Shown here one piece after another: positions 1-9,602 of a stretch of DNA of 64,000 bases; positions within the stretch are counted from its first letter, which is position 1; each line of letters starts with the position of its first letter. The position numbers were made by a program, and so were the translations under genes. The notes beneath the pieces are model-generated. The model searched no databases. It was not told the DNA's origin and worked only from the letters and a program-made list of their open reading frames with translations. Source of the stretch: an uncultured Clostridium sp. (GTDB lineage: Bacteria; Bacillota; Clostridia; TANB77; CAG-508); assembly GCA_946500265.1 (NCBI GenBank), contig CAMMVE010000004.1, positions 7,739-71,738 of the forward strand, in the 5' to 3' direction.

Positions 1-1
1 C

Positions 2-631
2 ATTAACATGACCTTGATATGTATATTGATCTACATTTCCTCCCTGATTACAAGTTGGTCCATTTACAACAACAGCTTTAGTTCCATTTGTTATTTTTGT
101 AAAAATTACAAATGTAGAAAAATTTGATGGTTTAACAATAAATTTTTGTGAATCTGTTCCGTTATTACGCCAAATTTGAACATTAGCATAGTTTGCAGTT
201 GAACCATTACTTATATCTAATGCATATTCATATACAGATGTTTTTCCAACTCTTGAGAAAAAAGTAAAAGTTCCATCATTATTGTATTTCATATACCATT
301 TTTGTGAATCTGTTCCATTATATTTATATTGTTGAACATTAGTTCCGTTTTTAGCAACTCCACCAGATACATCTAGGTATTGACCCGTAAACATATTCTT
401 TATAAAAAATTCTTTTCCATTAAACTCATCAACTGAATAAGTCACATTTTTTGTTTGCATTAATTGTTTAGAATTATCTTGAATTATTCCCATATTATCT
501 AATTGAATGGTATCATCTTGATAAATTTCATTTGCAATTGTTGCTTTTGATGTTGAACATACTAAACATACTAATAAAATAGCTATCCATAAACATAATA
601 AAAATTTAATCTGATTTTTTTTAATTTTCAT
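2..631 (-). CDS. Secreted ricin-type beta-trefoil (lectin) domain protein, 3' end beyond window
   Basis: Manual translation from ATG 631 (SD AGGAGG): signal peptide, then GQYLDVSGGVAKNGTNVQQYKYNGTDSQKW and ALDISNGSTANYANVQIWRNNGTDSQKF ricin-B repeats. Not in ORF track. Confidence 0.85.
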   Translation of the reverse strand, partial: MKIKKNQIKFLLCLWIAILLVCLVCSTSKATIANEIYQDDTIQLDNMGIIQDNSKQLMQTKNVTYSVDEFNGKEFFIKNMFTGQYLDVSGGVAKNGTNVQQYKYNGTDSQKWYMKYNNDGTFTFFSRVGKTSVYEYALDISNGSTANYANVQIWRNNGTDSQKFIVKPSNFSTFVIFTKITNGTKAVVVNGPTCNQGGNVDQYTYQGHVN

Positions 632-775
632 ATAATCCCTCCTATTTTCTTTTTTTGTAAACTTGTAATGCAATTTTTAAAATTATTTTTTCCCTCCCTT
701 CCTAATATTTTTTATAATATAAGTCAAATAACTTTAGTAGCTAAATTTTATTCAATTTTATGTACTTGCATGTAA

Positions 776-1471
776 TTATAATTTGTCTATTACAGTGTTT
801 ATTATTAATTTTGTTTTAGGCTTTTCATCCACATTGAATTTAAAGTAATCTCTTATTTTCTCCATTTTACATCTTGCATACATACTATCATTTGCTCTAT
901 TAATATTGCATTTTATATTGTGTATGGAATTATGATAAAAATCTGTTAATTTAGGATATATATCTTTTTCTAAAATGTAATTATTTTTAAGCTTTTCATT
1001 GACTATATATTCAATTGCTTTCACTAAATATTGAGTTCCCTTGAGTGAAAAATCATATTCTAAATATGAAAGTTCTTTTTCTATTTTCATTCTATTCTTA
1101 TTTTTTTCTTTTTCTTCTAACATACAATTAATTTTAGTAATGTTTTTAAAAATATTATTTTTCAAATTAGTATCTGTATAAAGCAATATATTTTTATCTA
1201 TAATGTTAGAATCTGATAATATAACAAAAGAATGTTTATATTTCTCTTTATTTATAATCCTTCTATAAAAGTTAATTTCATTTTCAAAATTTATCTTAAG
1301 AAAGAAAAAAACAATATCAATATCTATATCATTATTGTTTATGACATTAAGAGTTTCATCTTCGCTTTGTGCAATATAAACAACTTTTAAATTACTATCT
1401 AATTTATTCAACCAATTCATTAGTCTAATAGCATAATTTATATCTTTATCTACAATAAGTATATTTACCAT
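776..1471 (-). CDS. Spo0A-like regulator (degenerate receiver plus Spo0A C-terminal DNA-binding domain)
   Basis: N-terminal NILIVDKD receiver-like start; C-terminal LKGTQYLVKAI...LEKDIYPKL matches the Spo0A-C pattern (KGY.YL.EAI...LYP.IA). Confidence 0.7.
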   Translation of the reverse strand: MVNILIVDKDINYAIRLMNWLNKLDSNLKVVYIAQSEDETLNVINNNDIDIDIVFFFLKINFENEINFYRRIINKEKYKHSFVILSDSNIIDKNILLYTDTNLKNNIFKNITKINCMLEEKEKNKNRMKIEKELSYLEYDFSLKGTQYLVKAIEYIVNEKLKNNYILEKDIYPKLTDFYHNSIHNIKCNINRANDSMYARCKMEKIRDYFKFNVDEKPKTKLIINTVIDKL

Positions 1472-1493
1472 ATCACTCCTCTTTCTTCACTTT

Positions 1494-1531
1494 ACACTTA
1501 TTAGATACTATTTTTCTCCAAAAAGGGTGCA
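1494..1531 (-). promoter_or_regulatory. Putative ECF-sigma-type promoter upstream of the Spo0A-like gene
   Basis: Minus strand TGCACC-N18-TATCTAATAAGTGT aligns without gaps to TGAAAC-N18-GGTCTTATAAGTGT at 7170-7207. Confidence 0.35.
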
Positions 1532-1621
1532 AATTTCTAAAAATATTTTGTGACTTTTTGTGACTTTCTTTTTTTTTTTTTATTAATTTGATATAATTTT
1601 TTATAAATATAAAAAAGGGGG

Positions 1622-2053
1622 GTGAATATTGTAATGAATGTAAAAAACAAATTATTTATTATATTTTTTATTATTACATTAATATTTATCATTTTTACTT
1701 TTGCATTTCCAATTAAGGTAAAAGCTTCAGAAATTTCTACAAATGCATATTATGATCCTAATGTTGTAACCTTTAAAGGTAGATATACTGGTAATAGTAA
1801 CTACTATGACGGTCGTTATATGGCTTTTGAGGCAACAGCAACATCTTCTGATGGAAAATCGCATGAAGTAATAATTAGTGTATATATTGCAAGTATAAAT
1901 ACTACTAAGAATTATAGAATATATACAGACGGAAAGACAAGAAAAGCTGATTATATATCAATTGGTAACGGAAGTGATGCAATAATTTCAGCAACTTGCT
2001 CTGATTCGTCTGTAAGAATTAATTTAGACTTAAAAATGTATAGCTGGAAATAG
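1622..2053 (+). CDS. Secreted/membrane-anchored hypothetical protein
   Basis: ORF with N-terminal hydrophobic signal (VKA-S cleavage-like site); real start probably ATG 1634. Confidence 0.75.
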   Translation: MNIVMNVKNKLFIIFFIITLIFIIFTFAFPIKVKASEISTNAYYDPNVVTFKGRYTGNSNYYDGRYMAFEATATSSDGKSHEVIISVYIASINTTKNYRIYTDGKTRKADYISIGNGSDAIISATCSDSSVRINLDLKMYSWK

Positions 2054-2119
2054 TCTTAAACCTTACTAAAAAGAAACCTATTAATAGGTTTCTTTTTAGT
2101 AAGGTTTAAGACTATTTCC
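2046..2119. repeat. Perfect 74-bp zero-loop palindrome containing a bidirectional terminator
   Basis: ggaaatagtcttaaaccttactaaaaagaaacctatt|aataggtttctttttagtaaggtttaagactatttcc is its own reverse complement; lies between convergent genes. Confidence 0.95.
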
Positions 2120-3112
2120 CATTGAATCTTTTATTTGTAAAGTATCATTATTAATATCATCTTTGCCAAGATTATATTGCAAAATAAATATGTATTTATC
2201 TCCTTCTAATGCTAATAATCTCTTATCAGCTTGATATAAATTATCATTATATATTAAGTCTAAATTTATTTCTGGACTTATCGTCTCTAGAACTATATAT
2301 GTTCCTGTGTCTGTTGATATGAATTTATTTATATCATACATATCACTTGCTTTTGAAATATCAAATATTAATCTTTCCCTATCAATAAATTTATCTATTA
2401 TGTCAATTTTAATATTCTTTTCTTCATTACAATTTATCTCTATTTGTTCCTTATATGCTGATGTATCATCATATAATATTATTTTTGAAAATTGAAATTG
2501 TAATTTTTTCATATTTGGTAAACCATCCGACATTAAAAATAACAATTCTCTTTTACTCTCTTTTTCTTCTTGAGTAATTTTGTGCCATCCTGTTGTAGTA
2601 TATATAGAATAATTCATTCCTGATGATGCATCATAAATAATATCATCATTCCCTATTATTTTTAAATCTGGAATAGATATTCTATAATTCGGATTTATAT
2701 ATTCTTCTGAATACACATTAAATACTGCATATAAATTTATATCATCTAGCATTAAATAATCTACTTTTATACTAAATTTGTCATTTAATCTTATGTAATT
2801 CATATCAACATTTTGTATATAATCTTTATTTTCTATTGCATTAACAATACTATCATTGTTTATCCCTATCGAATCTAATCCAAATAAATTTCTAAAAAAA
2901 TTAGTGATTTCTTTTGCAAAAACGACACCTGTTGTTAAAATTGATAAAGTCAATATTAACACTGCTACCTTTGAAATATTATACTTAATTTTTCTCTTAT
3001 AAGGTGCTCTACTAATTACTTTAGCAGTTTCTTGTGGAATATCTTTATTTTTTTCAAAATATTCATATAGTAGTTTGTCTACATTATCTAGATTATTTCT
3101 CTGCTGTTTCAT
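2096..3112 (-). CDS. Anti-sigma factor (single TM, DUF4179-like)
   Basis: Overlaps ECF sigma stop; N-terminal D.LL..YF domain, TM ending TTGVVFA, extracellular domain. Confidence 0.7.
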   Translation of the reverse strand: MKQQRNNLDNVDKLLYEYFEKNKDIPQETAKVISRAPYKRKIKYNISKVAVLILTLSILTTGVVFAKEITNFFRNLFGLDSIGINNDSIVNAIENKDYIQNVDMNYIRLNDKFSIKVDYLMLDDINLYAVFNVYSEEYINPNYRISIPDLKIIGNDDIIYDASSGMNYSIYTTTGWHKITQEEKESKRELLFLMSDGLPNMKKLQFQFSKIILYDDTSAYKEQIEINCNEEKNIKIDIIDKFIDRERLIFDISKASDMYDINKFISTDTGTYIVLETISPEINLDLIYNDNLYQADKRLLALEGDKYIFILQYNLGKDDINNDTLQIKDSMGNSLKPY

Positions 3113-3641
3113 TCTCAACACCTCCTCTATAATATTTTTTTATTTTTTCTTTACCCCTTGTTATTCTACTCTTTATTGTATTAGGACTAGTATCTAAAAT
3201 TTCAGAAATCTCATTCAAAGAATAATTGCTGTTATAAAATAAGACAATAGCAATTCGTTCTTCATATTTTAATTTACTAAGCATACTTTCTATGTCCAAT
3301 TTATCTTCAATATTAGACATATCTAAATTTTCATCTATAACACTATTCTTATCTTTAATCAATTTACTAAAGATATTATTTTTCCACTTGTATCGTGCAT
3401 AAATTTTGTTGCATTCATTTATTAGTATTTTAATGATCCATGTTTTAAAGTATTTTGTATTTTCTAGGCTTTTTAACGATTTATAAGCAATTATCATCGT
3501 TTCTTGAATTGCATCATTAATATCATCAATATTGTCTAATCTAGCTTGTGCTACTCTATATAATTCATTTTGAATTGATTGAATTAATTTTGTATATGCT
3601 TCATCATTTCCATTAATCGACTCTAAAATTAATTCTTCCAC
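3093..3641 (-). CDS. ECF (sigma-70 group 4) sigma factor
   Basis: DAIQETMIIAY, FKTWIIKILINEC (region 2); EISEILDTSPNTIKSRITRGK (region 4). Confidence 0.92.
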   Translation of the reverse strand: MEELILESINGNDEAYTKLIQSIQNELYRVAQARLDNIDDINDAIQETMIIAYKSLKSLENTKYFKTWIIKILINECNKIYARYKWKNNIFSKLIKDKNSVIDENLDMSNIEDKLDIESMLSKLKYEERIAIVLFYNSNYSLNEISEILDTSPNTIKSRITRGKEKIKKYYRGGVENETAEK

Positions 3642-3912
3642 AGTATTTTCCCCCCTTATATATTTTCAGGTTATATTATGCTTAAATCATAATATCTAGT
3701 ATTAATTTTTTCACAGCAACTAATAACTTTTTTTAACTATCAAATCTTTTTCGTTCAATCTATATACTTGTTCAATATATAGTAACCATTATTATTTAAT
3801 TTTCGTTGAATCAATCTTGCACCTAGCTCTGAACTTTTAGTAGAAACATTAAATAATTAATCACATACTAAATACATTCTAACATATAATTAGTAAAAAA
3901 TCATCTATTTTT

Positions 3913-4145
3913 ACATTAACCCTTGAAATTCTTGAGCAAATCAAAATGATGTATTATTCCCTGTATAACAAAAATAATACATCATATAATTTAACCCCAT
4001 CATTCCATTGCTTTACATTTATGATAGTCTAGTATGTAGAAAATTTCTACTGCAGATGCTGTTATTTAATAACCTTGTGCATCCTTGATCACACTTTTTA
4101 CATCCACATATCCTCAAACAAGTTTTGCCTCCTGAAACTCTTTGT
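3913..4145. repeat. ~232-bp structured direct repeat, copy 1
   Basis: Near-identical (about 14 substitutions and 1 indel by eye) to 9603-9834. Confidence 0.9.
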
Positions 4146-4220
4146 ATATTGTGATATATCTATTGTAGACCTATATTTTAAACAAATTGTATAGAATGTA
4201 ATTTATTCTTAATGATTTAC

Positions 4221-4376
4221 AGTATCAACAGGAATAGAACTAATATTCTCAACATTGAATTTAAAGTTTTATCTGTTTATAGCACAATTTCCAATTAACT
4301 TTATATGCAATAACTATCCTATTACCTATAATCAATACTATAATTAATTAAAATGCAAATAATTATTCTTGTTCAT
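4221..4376 (-). pseudogene. Degenerate duplicate of the 5' end of the 4472-5242 gene
   Basis: Shares upstream region and actttaaattcaat.ttgagaatattagttctattcctgttgatactg with 5090-5242; has stops/frameshifts. Confidence 0.75.
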
Positions 4377-4420
4377 ATTACCACCAATTTAAACCTTCAT
4401 TTTATAATCTCATCATAGCA

Positions 4421-4459
4421 ACAACTTACTATTTTTTTCACACTTATATATTGTAATTT
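4421..4459 (-). repeat. Cargo-junction motif (AAATAGTAA[G/T]TTGT), 39-bp long form
   Basis: 38/39 identical to 28211-28249. Confidence 0.8.
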
Positions 4460-4471
4460 CTCGAGATGATT

Positions 4472-5242
4472 CTATATAACATCATTTAACGTCATATCCT
4501 TTGTTCCAATATAAACATCTCTATTTCCATCTAATCTATGGCATTTTATAATTGTATAATTTTCGTAATGATATTCCATACTTCCACCATCATCGTAAGA
4601 TATTGCATTTGGAAAATCTTTATTTGCTTTGGCTATAATTTCTTCCATTGTTATTTTATTTTGTAATAATGCGTCTTTTAATAAATAATCTTTACCATCT
4701 ATTTTTATATTTACAATTCCATCATACCCATATATTGTATAGTCATATTTATCCGTTTCTGTTTTGCTTAATATTGTATATACTCTATAACTATCTGTTG
4801 GCTTTTTAGCAGAAAATACTATTTCAAAGTCATCTGCTGATTTTATCTCAATTTTTGTTGTTTTAATTTGTAAAGGATATGTATTCATTACTGTTCCCTT
4901 ATAAGTAATTTTTACAATAGTTCCAACCATATAAAGAGCATCAGTATATTCTCCTAGTCCAACATATACTTTATCTGCTGATTTTCTTATTTCTTCATCT
5001 TCATTTGGCTCTACTATAATTCTTTTTTCATTTGATTCAATCACTTTTCCAAAGAAAGAATATTCTTTTTCATCAAGGTTTTCAGTATCAACAGGAATAG
5101 AACTAATATTCTCAATATTGAATTTAAAGTCTTCTCTATTTGTAACACTCTTTTCAATTAGCTTGTATGCAACAACTACTCCAATAACTATGATCAATAA
5201 TACAATTACAACTCCAATAATTATTTTCTTACTCTTATTCAT
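4472..5242 (-). CDS. Membrane-anchored hypothetical protein (YobA/DUF3221-like OB domain)
   Basis: N-terminal TM; FFGKVIES...IVEP...KITYKGTVMNTYPLQI. Confidence 0.65.
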   Translation of the reverse strand: MNKSKKIIIGVVIVLLIIVIGVVVAYKLIEKSVTNREDFKFNIENISSIPVDTENLDEKEYSFFGKVIESNEKRIIVEPNEDEEIRKSADKVYVGLGEYTDALYMVGTIVKITYKGTVMNTYPLQIKTTKIEIKSADDFEIVFSAKKPTDSYRVYTILSKTETDKYDYTIYGYDGIVNIKIDGKDYLLKDALLQNKITMEEIIAKANKDFPNAISYDDGGSMEYHYENYTIIKCHRLDGNRDVYIGTKDMTLNDVI

Positions 5243-5285
5243 ATTAACACCAATTTAACCTTTCTCTTATATTCTCATCGTAGTG

Positions 5286-5299
5286 ACAAATTACTATTT
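5286..5299 (-). repeat. Cargo-junction motif
   Basis: acaaattactattt between genes. Confidence 0.6.
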
Positions 5300-5359
5300 G
5301 TATTTTCTTCATAATAGCATAAATAAATCTATTAAGAATATATTTTAAATCTTCTTTAT

Positions 5360-6517
5360 CTATTTCTTAATTATTATAGGTTCACTATATGCTGTTCCTC
5401 CTATAATTTCCCCTGTTGTTGCATCGACATAATAAGAATAATCTATATTATGTCGGTTAAAGTTTTCACTAAATAAATCAGATTCTGGTATATCGTACTG
5501 TATCATAACTTTCCATACCTTTCTAACAGATTTTTCTGTACGATATTCTACATAGTTTTTAGAAGGATATTCTGTTGTACTTTGTTTGCAATATTGTTCA
5601 TAATCTGTTGTTCTTAAATATGCATCTCCATTCATTCTATCAATATCTAACTTAGTTTTAACACTTTTAATTTTATAACCTGTATCAATCTTTTGTTCTG
5701 CTTGTAAAGCTATCTGTTTTGCCTGTTCTTCTGTTATTTCAAGTGAATTATTTTCATATTTTGAATCGCATATTACAAAATAATATATTTCATTTATTTC
5801 AGGAACATAACCAACACTAATGCGCTCATAAGGATTTATAATTCCATTATATTCTTTATAAAAATCAATGTACCAAAGATATGAGTCTTTTTCTGTATTT
5901 AAATTTGAACTTATTTCTACAGTATTATATTCTTTTAAATCATATCCATATTTGAAGCAAAACTCCCTAGCTATTTTTTCAGCTTCCTTTTCAGTAGTTC
6001 TATAATTATCTATATCTTTATATAGTACATTGTCACAGTGTAAATCTAGATTATTTCCTCCATTTGCATCAAAACTTAATGAGAGTTTATTACTCATTTC
6101 AACATACCATGTTAAATCATAATTACTAGGATTTTTTTCAAGCTCTATAGATTCTATTTTTTCATTTTTATATCCAAACTTTTCTGCTATTGCCATTGCT
6201 TTTTCCCTTGCCTCTTTTTCAGACATTACACTAGATTGTTCTTCTTTTGTAATTATGTTTTCATTTCCTTCAGCATAAAATCCAACTGTCTTTTCAGGCT
6301 GTTTCCATATTTTTTCATATACTTTAGCTCCTGCATACACAATTCCAGTAGTTAATAATAAACTAGCACATGTTATTATGGCAACTCTTGTGATTGAATA
6401 ATATTGTGTTTTTTTATTTTCATTATTTAAGCTTTCTCTAATAATTGTCTTACATTTATTTGGAACTTCTACTTCAAGACTTAAGTCTTGATATAATTTC
6501 TTATCCAATTCATCCAT
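5360..6517 (-). CDS. Anti-sigma factor with PepSY-like extracellular domains
   Basis: Overlaps sigma stop; MDELDKKL..., TM LLTTGIVYA, C-terminal YYVDATTGEIIG PepSY motif. Confidence 0.7.
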   Translation of the reverse strand: MDELDKKLYQDLSLEVEVPNKCKTIIRESLNNENKKTQYYSITRVAIITCASLLLTTGIVYAGAKVYEKIWKQPEKTVGFYAEGNENIITKEEQSSVMSEKEAREKAMAIAEKFGYKNEKIESIELEKNPSNYDLTWYVEMSNKLSLSFDANGGNNLDLHCDNVLYKDIDNYRTTEKEAEKIAREFCFKYGYDLKEYNTVEISSNLNTEKDSYLWYIDFYKEYNGIINPYERISVGYVPEINEIYYFVICDSKYENNSLEITEEQAKQIALQAEQKIDTGYKIKSVKTKLDIDRMNGDAYLRTTDYEQYCKQSTTEYPSKNYVEYRTEKSVRKVWKVMIQYDIPESDLFSENFNRHNIDYSYYVDATTGEIIGGTAYSEPIIIKK

Positions 6518-7044
6518 TACTATTTCCTCCTAATTCTAGAGCACCTTTTATTTTTTGTTTTGCTCTAGTTCTTTTAGTTTTTATTGTATTTTCTTTTAAA
6601 TTTAATATTTCCCCTATTTCTTTGTCAGTAAATTTTTCCATATAATATAAAATTATAATAATTCTATCTTCATACTTTAGTTTGTTGCATATAAAGTTAA
6701 AGTCTAATGTTATTTCAACATTATCTATATTAGAGTATTCAATCTCTCTATTGTTTTCAAGTTCTTCAAAAGATATTATCCTTCTTTTATTTTTTCTTCT
6801 GTATATATTATTGCTTTCATTAATTAAAATTTTAATTATCCATGTTTTAAAATATTGATTTTGCTTTAATTTTTTTACAAACTTAAAAGCCTTTATTGTT
6901 GTTTCTTGTATAGCATCATATATATCATCATCATTTCTTAATCTTACTCTTGCAACCTTATATAATTCTTTTTCGAGCGATAGCATAAGAGTTGTAAAAG
7001 CTTCTTTATCTCCGTCCTTTTGCTTTTTCTACTAGTTCTTCCAT
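6510..7044 (-). CDS. ECF sigma factor with +1 frameshift at CGG (7014-7012)
   Basis: ATG 7044 with SD GGGGGAG: MEELVEKAKG-(C)-GDKEAFTTLMLSLEK joins ORF 6510-6986; zero frame stops one codon after CGG. Confidence 0.85.
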
Positions 7045-7169
7045 TTCTCCCCCCATCTATACTTTGCTTTATAAGCCTTAGTTCAATTAATTAAATTAAT
7101 AACACCTTTAATAAGTTCATTAAAAGATCTTAACTTATCTTGCAATGTTATCTTGTTTGCAAACTTGAT

Positions 7170-7207
7170 ACACTTATAAGACCTTTTTTCTATAATAAAA
7201 AGTTTCA
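7170..7207 (-). promoter_or_regulatory. Putative ECF-type promoter
   Basis: TGAAAC (-35-like) and GTCTTAT (-10-like); similar to 1494-1531. Confidence 0.4.
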
Positions 7208-7296
7208 TTTTTTTGATTTATTTTTAAAAAAAATTTGGAATTTATTACCCTAAACATGTTTGGTAAAATTTTATAATATTTTATTTTATTCAAAGA

Positions 7297-7331
7297 AAAA
7301 ACCTACCTTTTGAGAGTAAAAAGTAGGTTTT
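7297..7331 (-). terminator. Intrinsic terminator
   Basis: aaaacctac...gtaggtttt stem after the 7340 stop. Confidence 0.6.
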
Positions 7332-7339
7332 ATTTTTTA

Positions 7340-8614
7340 TTATTTAGTTTCTATAATAACATTTGTATAAATTTGATTCTCTATTTTCCTTACTTCAATT
7401 TCATAAATTTGACAAGGATAAGATTCTAAAACCATTCCTGTATAAATCACTTCCACTTTATCCCCTATACTGTATTCTTTTGAATTTTCTACTTTAACAC
7501 TAACAGCGTCACCTAAATTCTTTTCTTCTGTTTTTACTATTATTGTTTTATCATTTATTTCTGTTACTTCTCCTATAAATGATGGTGCTGTTCCATAAAT
7601 TTCTGAATCTTTTGAATAACTTGCTACTGTTATTAGTTTATATTCTTTTTTATTAGATTCATAGTCTATTTCTCCTGTTAATTGTAACACAATATCAAAG
7701 AAGTCTTCATTTTCTACTAAATCTATTGTATAAAATTCTGATGGTATATCACTATTTTTTATTACTCTTGTATCTGCTCCAAAAGCATCTCTTGTGTTAT
7801 CAGTTGTTAATATATAACCAACATCAGCTTTATATTCTAAATCTGTAATTATTGCATCTCCTTCTATTGTGTATTGAACAAATCTTATAAAGTCAGATTT
7901 TCTGTCTTTATTATTTACATTTGTATTGTCAATAAAAGAATCCAACATACTTTTATTAAATACTGCATTGTTTGACATTACTACACATCCATCTTTTATA
8001 GCTTGTTCCATTTGATATTCTTGTGGTATTTCATTTAATAATTTTTTCTCATCTATATTATTTTCTATAATATTTTCAATAGATTTTAGTTCTTCATCAG
8101 TTATATCTGCTTGTTTATCTCCTTTTTCAATTGCACAACAATCTTGCTTTACCATATAATGTTCTTCATCATTTATTACAATTTCATAACTATAGATACC
8201 ATTACATAATTCACTATTATATTTAAATCCTTTTAAGATTTGTTTTATTTTAATTGCATCATCATTTGTTATTGTAACACTTGCTATGTTATTATAACCA
8301 TTTACCACTACTTTTGTGTTTGATAATTCTTCTGTATAATTATTATATTCGTTCTCAAAATCTTCATATTTCATAAACCATGAGCCAATTTTTATTTCGT
8401 CATATCCGTTTAGCATATTAAAGTCAATTACTTTATATCCAAGTCCAAAATATTCTATAGTTCCTCCATCCATAATTATTCCTGCAAGATTTCGAATACA
8501 AAATATTGGATTATCTCCATTTTTTACTCTATTATAATCTACTCCAAAAAATATTAATCCTAAAATTATAATTACTCCTAATACAATAAGAAATATCTTT
8601 ATTCCTTTTTTCAT
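7340..8614 (-). CDS. Membrane-anchored hypothetical protein (DUF4362-like and OB-fold domains)
   Basis: N-terminal TM, GGTIEYFGLGYKVI motif, C-terminal SFIGEVTEI...VYTGMVLESYPCQI. Confidence 0.65.
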   Translation of the reverse strand: MKKGIKIFLIVLGVIIILGLIFFGVDYNRVKNGDNPIFCIRNLAGIIMDGGTIEYFGLGYKVIDFNMLNGYDEIKIGSWFMKYEDFENEYNNYTEELSNTKVVVNGYNNIASVTITNDDAIKIKQILKGFKYNSELCNGIYSYEIVINDEEHYMVKQDCCAIEKGDKQADITDEELKSIENIIENNIDEKKLLNEIPQEYQMEQAIKDGCVVMSNNAVFNKSMLDSFIDNTNVNNKDRKSDFIRFVQYTIEGDAIITDLEYKADVGYILTTDNTRDAFGADTRVIKNSDIPSEFYTIDLVENEDFFDIVLQLTGEIDYESNKKEYKLITVASYSKDSEIYGTAPSFIGEVTEINDKTIIVKTEEKNLGDAVSVKVENSKEYSIGDKVEVIYTGMVLESYPCQIYEIEVRKIENQIYTNVIIETK

Positions 8615-8637
8615 TTCTACCACCTTTTTCCTTTCTA

Positions 8638-9522
8638 TTATTTAGACACATTTTTATGTGCTTTCTGTTGGTGTTTTACAAAAATAATTGTAAAAATTAT
8701 AGTAAAAAATAAAAATATTCCTGTAAAACTTAAAATTCCTATGTTGATATTTGTGTTTTTATAATTAACTTCTTGTGACTCTTGAACTTCTATTATTTCA
8801 TTTTGAAAAATATCATCAGTTGAATTTGTATCACTTTCTATACTTAAACTTGTTTCATTTTCTAATTGTTCTTTTTTATCACTAATATTTTCATTATCTA
8901 TTTCTATATCATTACTTATATTAGTTTGTTCCATTTTTCTGTTTGATATATTGCTTTTTATAAAAAGTAGTATTCCAATAATAACCATTGAGATATTACC
9001 TAATAATAATCTTAAAGTATATAAAGAGGTATAATATTTCCATTGTACTGTTCCCATTGGTATATTTAGCAACAATGATATTTCTTTAAATGACATATTG
9101 GATAATATTTTTAATGAAACTATATCTCTTTCTTGTTTATTTAATTTAGCAATAATTCTATTGTAATTATCTTTATCAATTATCTTATTTAGTTCTTTAT
9201 CTTCTTCTGTTATATAATAGATTTCGTCTAAATTTACTTCTTGTTTCTTCTTTCTTAAATAATTAAGTGTTTCATTTTTTGTGAAAGAATATAGCCAACT
9301 CGATTCATTAGTTATAGGTAATTTATTCTTATCTGTTTGAAATATTTTCATAAATACAATTTGAACTATATCCTCACTATCTTCTTTATTTTTGATAATA
9401 GAAAATGTAATACCATAGATTAATCTATTATATTTTTCATACAAATCATCTAATTTGCTTATATTACCTTTTATTATATCTTGAAATATTAAGTGCAACT
9501 CTTGTTTTTTTAATTTATCCAT
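8638..9522 (-). CDS. ECF sigma factor with C-terminal two-TM extension
   Basis: SEDIVQIVFMKI, SWLYSFTKNETLNYLRK, MSFKEISLLLNIPMGTVQWKY, then two hydrophobic segments; ATG 9522 with SD GAGG. Confidence 0.8.
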   Translation of the reverse strand: MDKLKKQELHLIFQDIIKGNISKLDDLYEKYNRLIYGITFSIIKNKEDSEDIVQIVFMKIFQTDKNKLPITNESSWLYSFTKNETLNYLRKKKQEVNLDEIYYITEEDKELNKIIDKDNYNRIIAKLNKQERDIVSLKILSNMSFKEISLLLNIPMGTVQWKYYTSLYTLRLLLGNISMVIIGILLFIKSNISNRKMEQTNISNDIEIDNENISDKKEQLENETSLSIESDTNSTDDIFQNEIIEVQESQEVNYKNTNINIGILSFTGIFLFFTIIFTIIFVKHQQKAHKNVSK

Positions 9523-9602
9523 ATTTGCCTCTTTTTTAAATATATTTTTCATACTAATACTAACACAAAAAATATTAATTATCAACAATTTTGCTAATTG
9601 CG

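Noticed and set aside
140-320. Direct repeat tgtgaatctgttcc at ~145 and ~303
   Set aside because: Encodes the normal internal ricin-B subdomain repeats (NGTDSQK)
3913-4145. Known riboswitch (SAM-I, c-di-GMP, c-di-AMP) in the 232-bp repeat
   Set aside because: Consensus motifs not recognisable by eye; left unassigned
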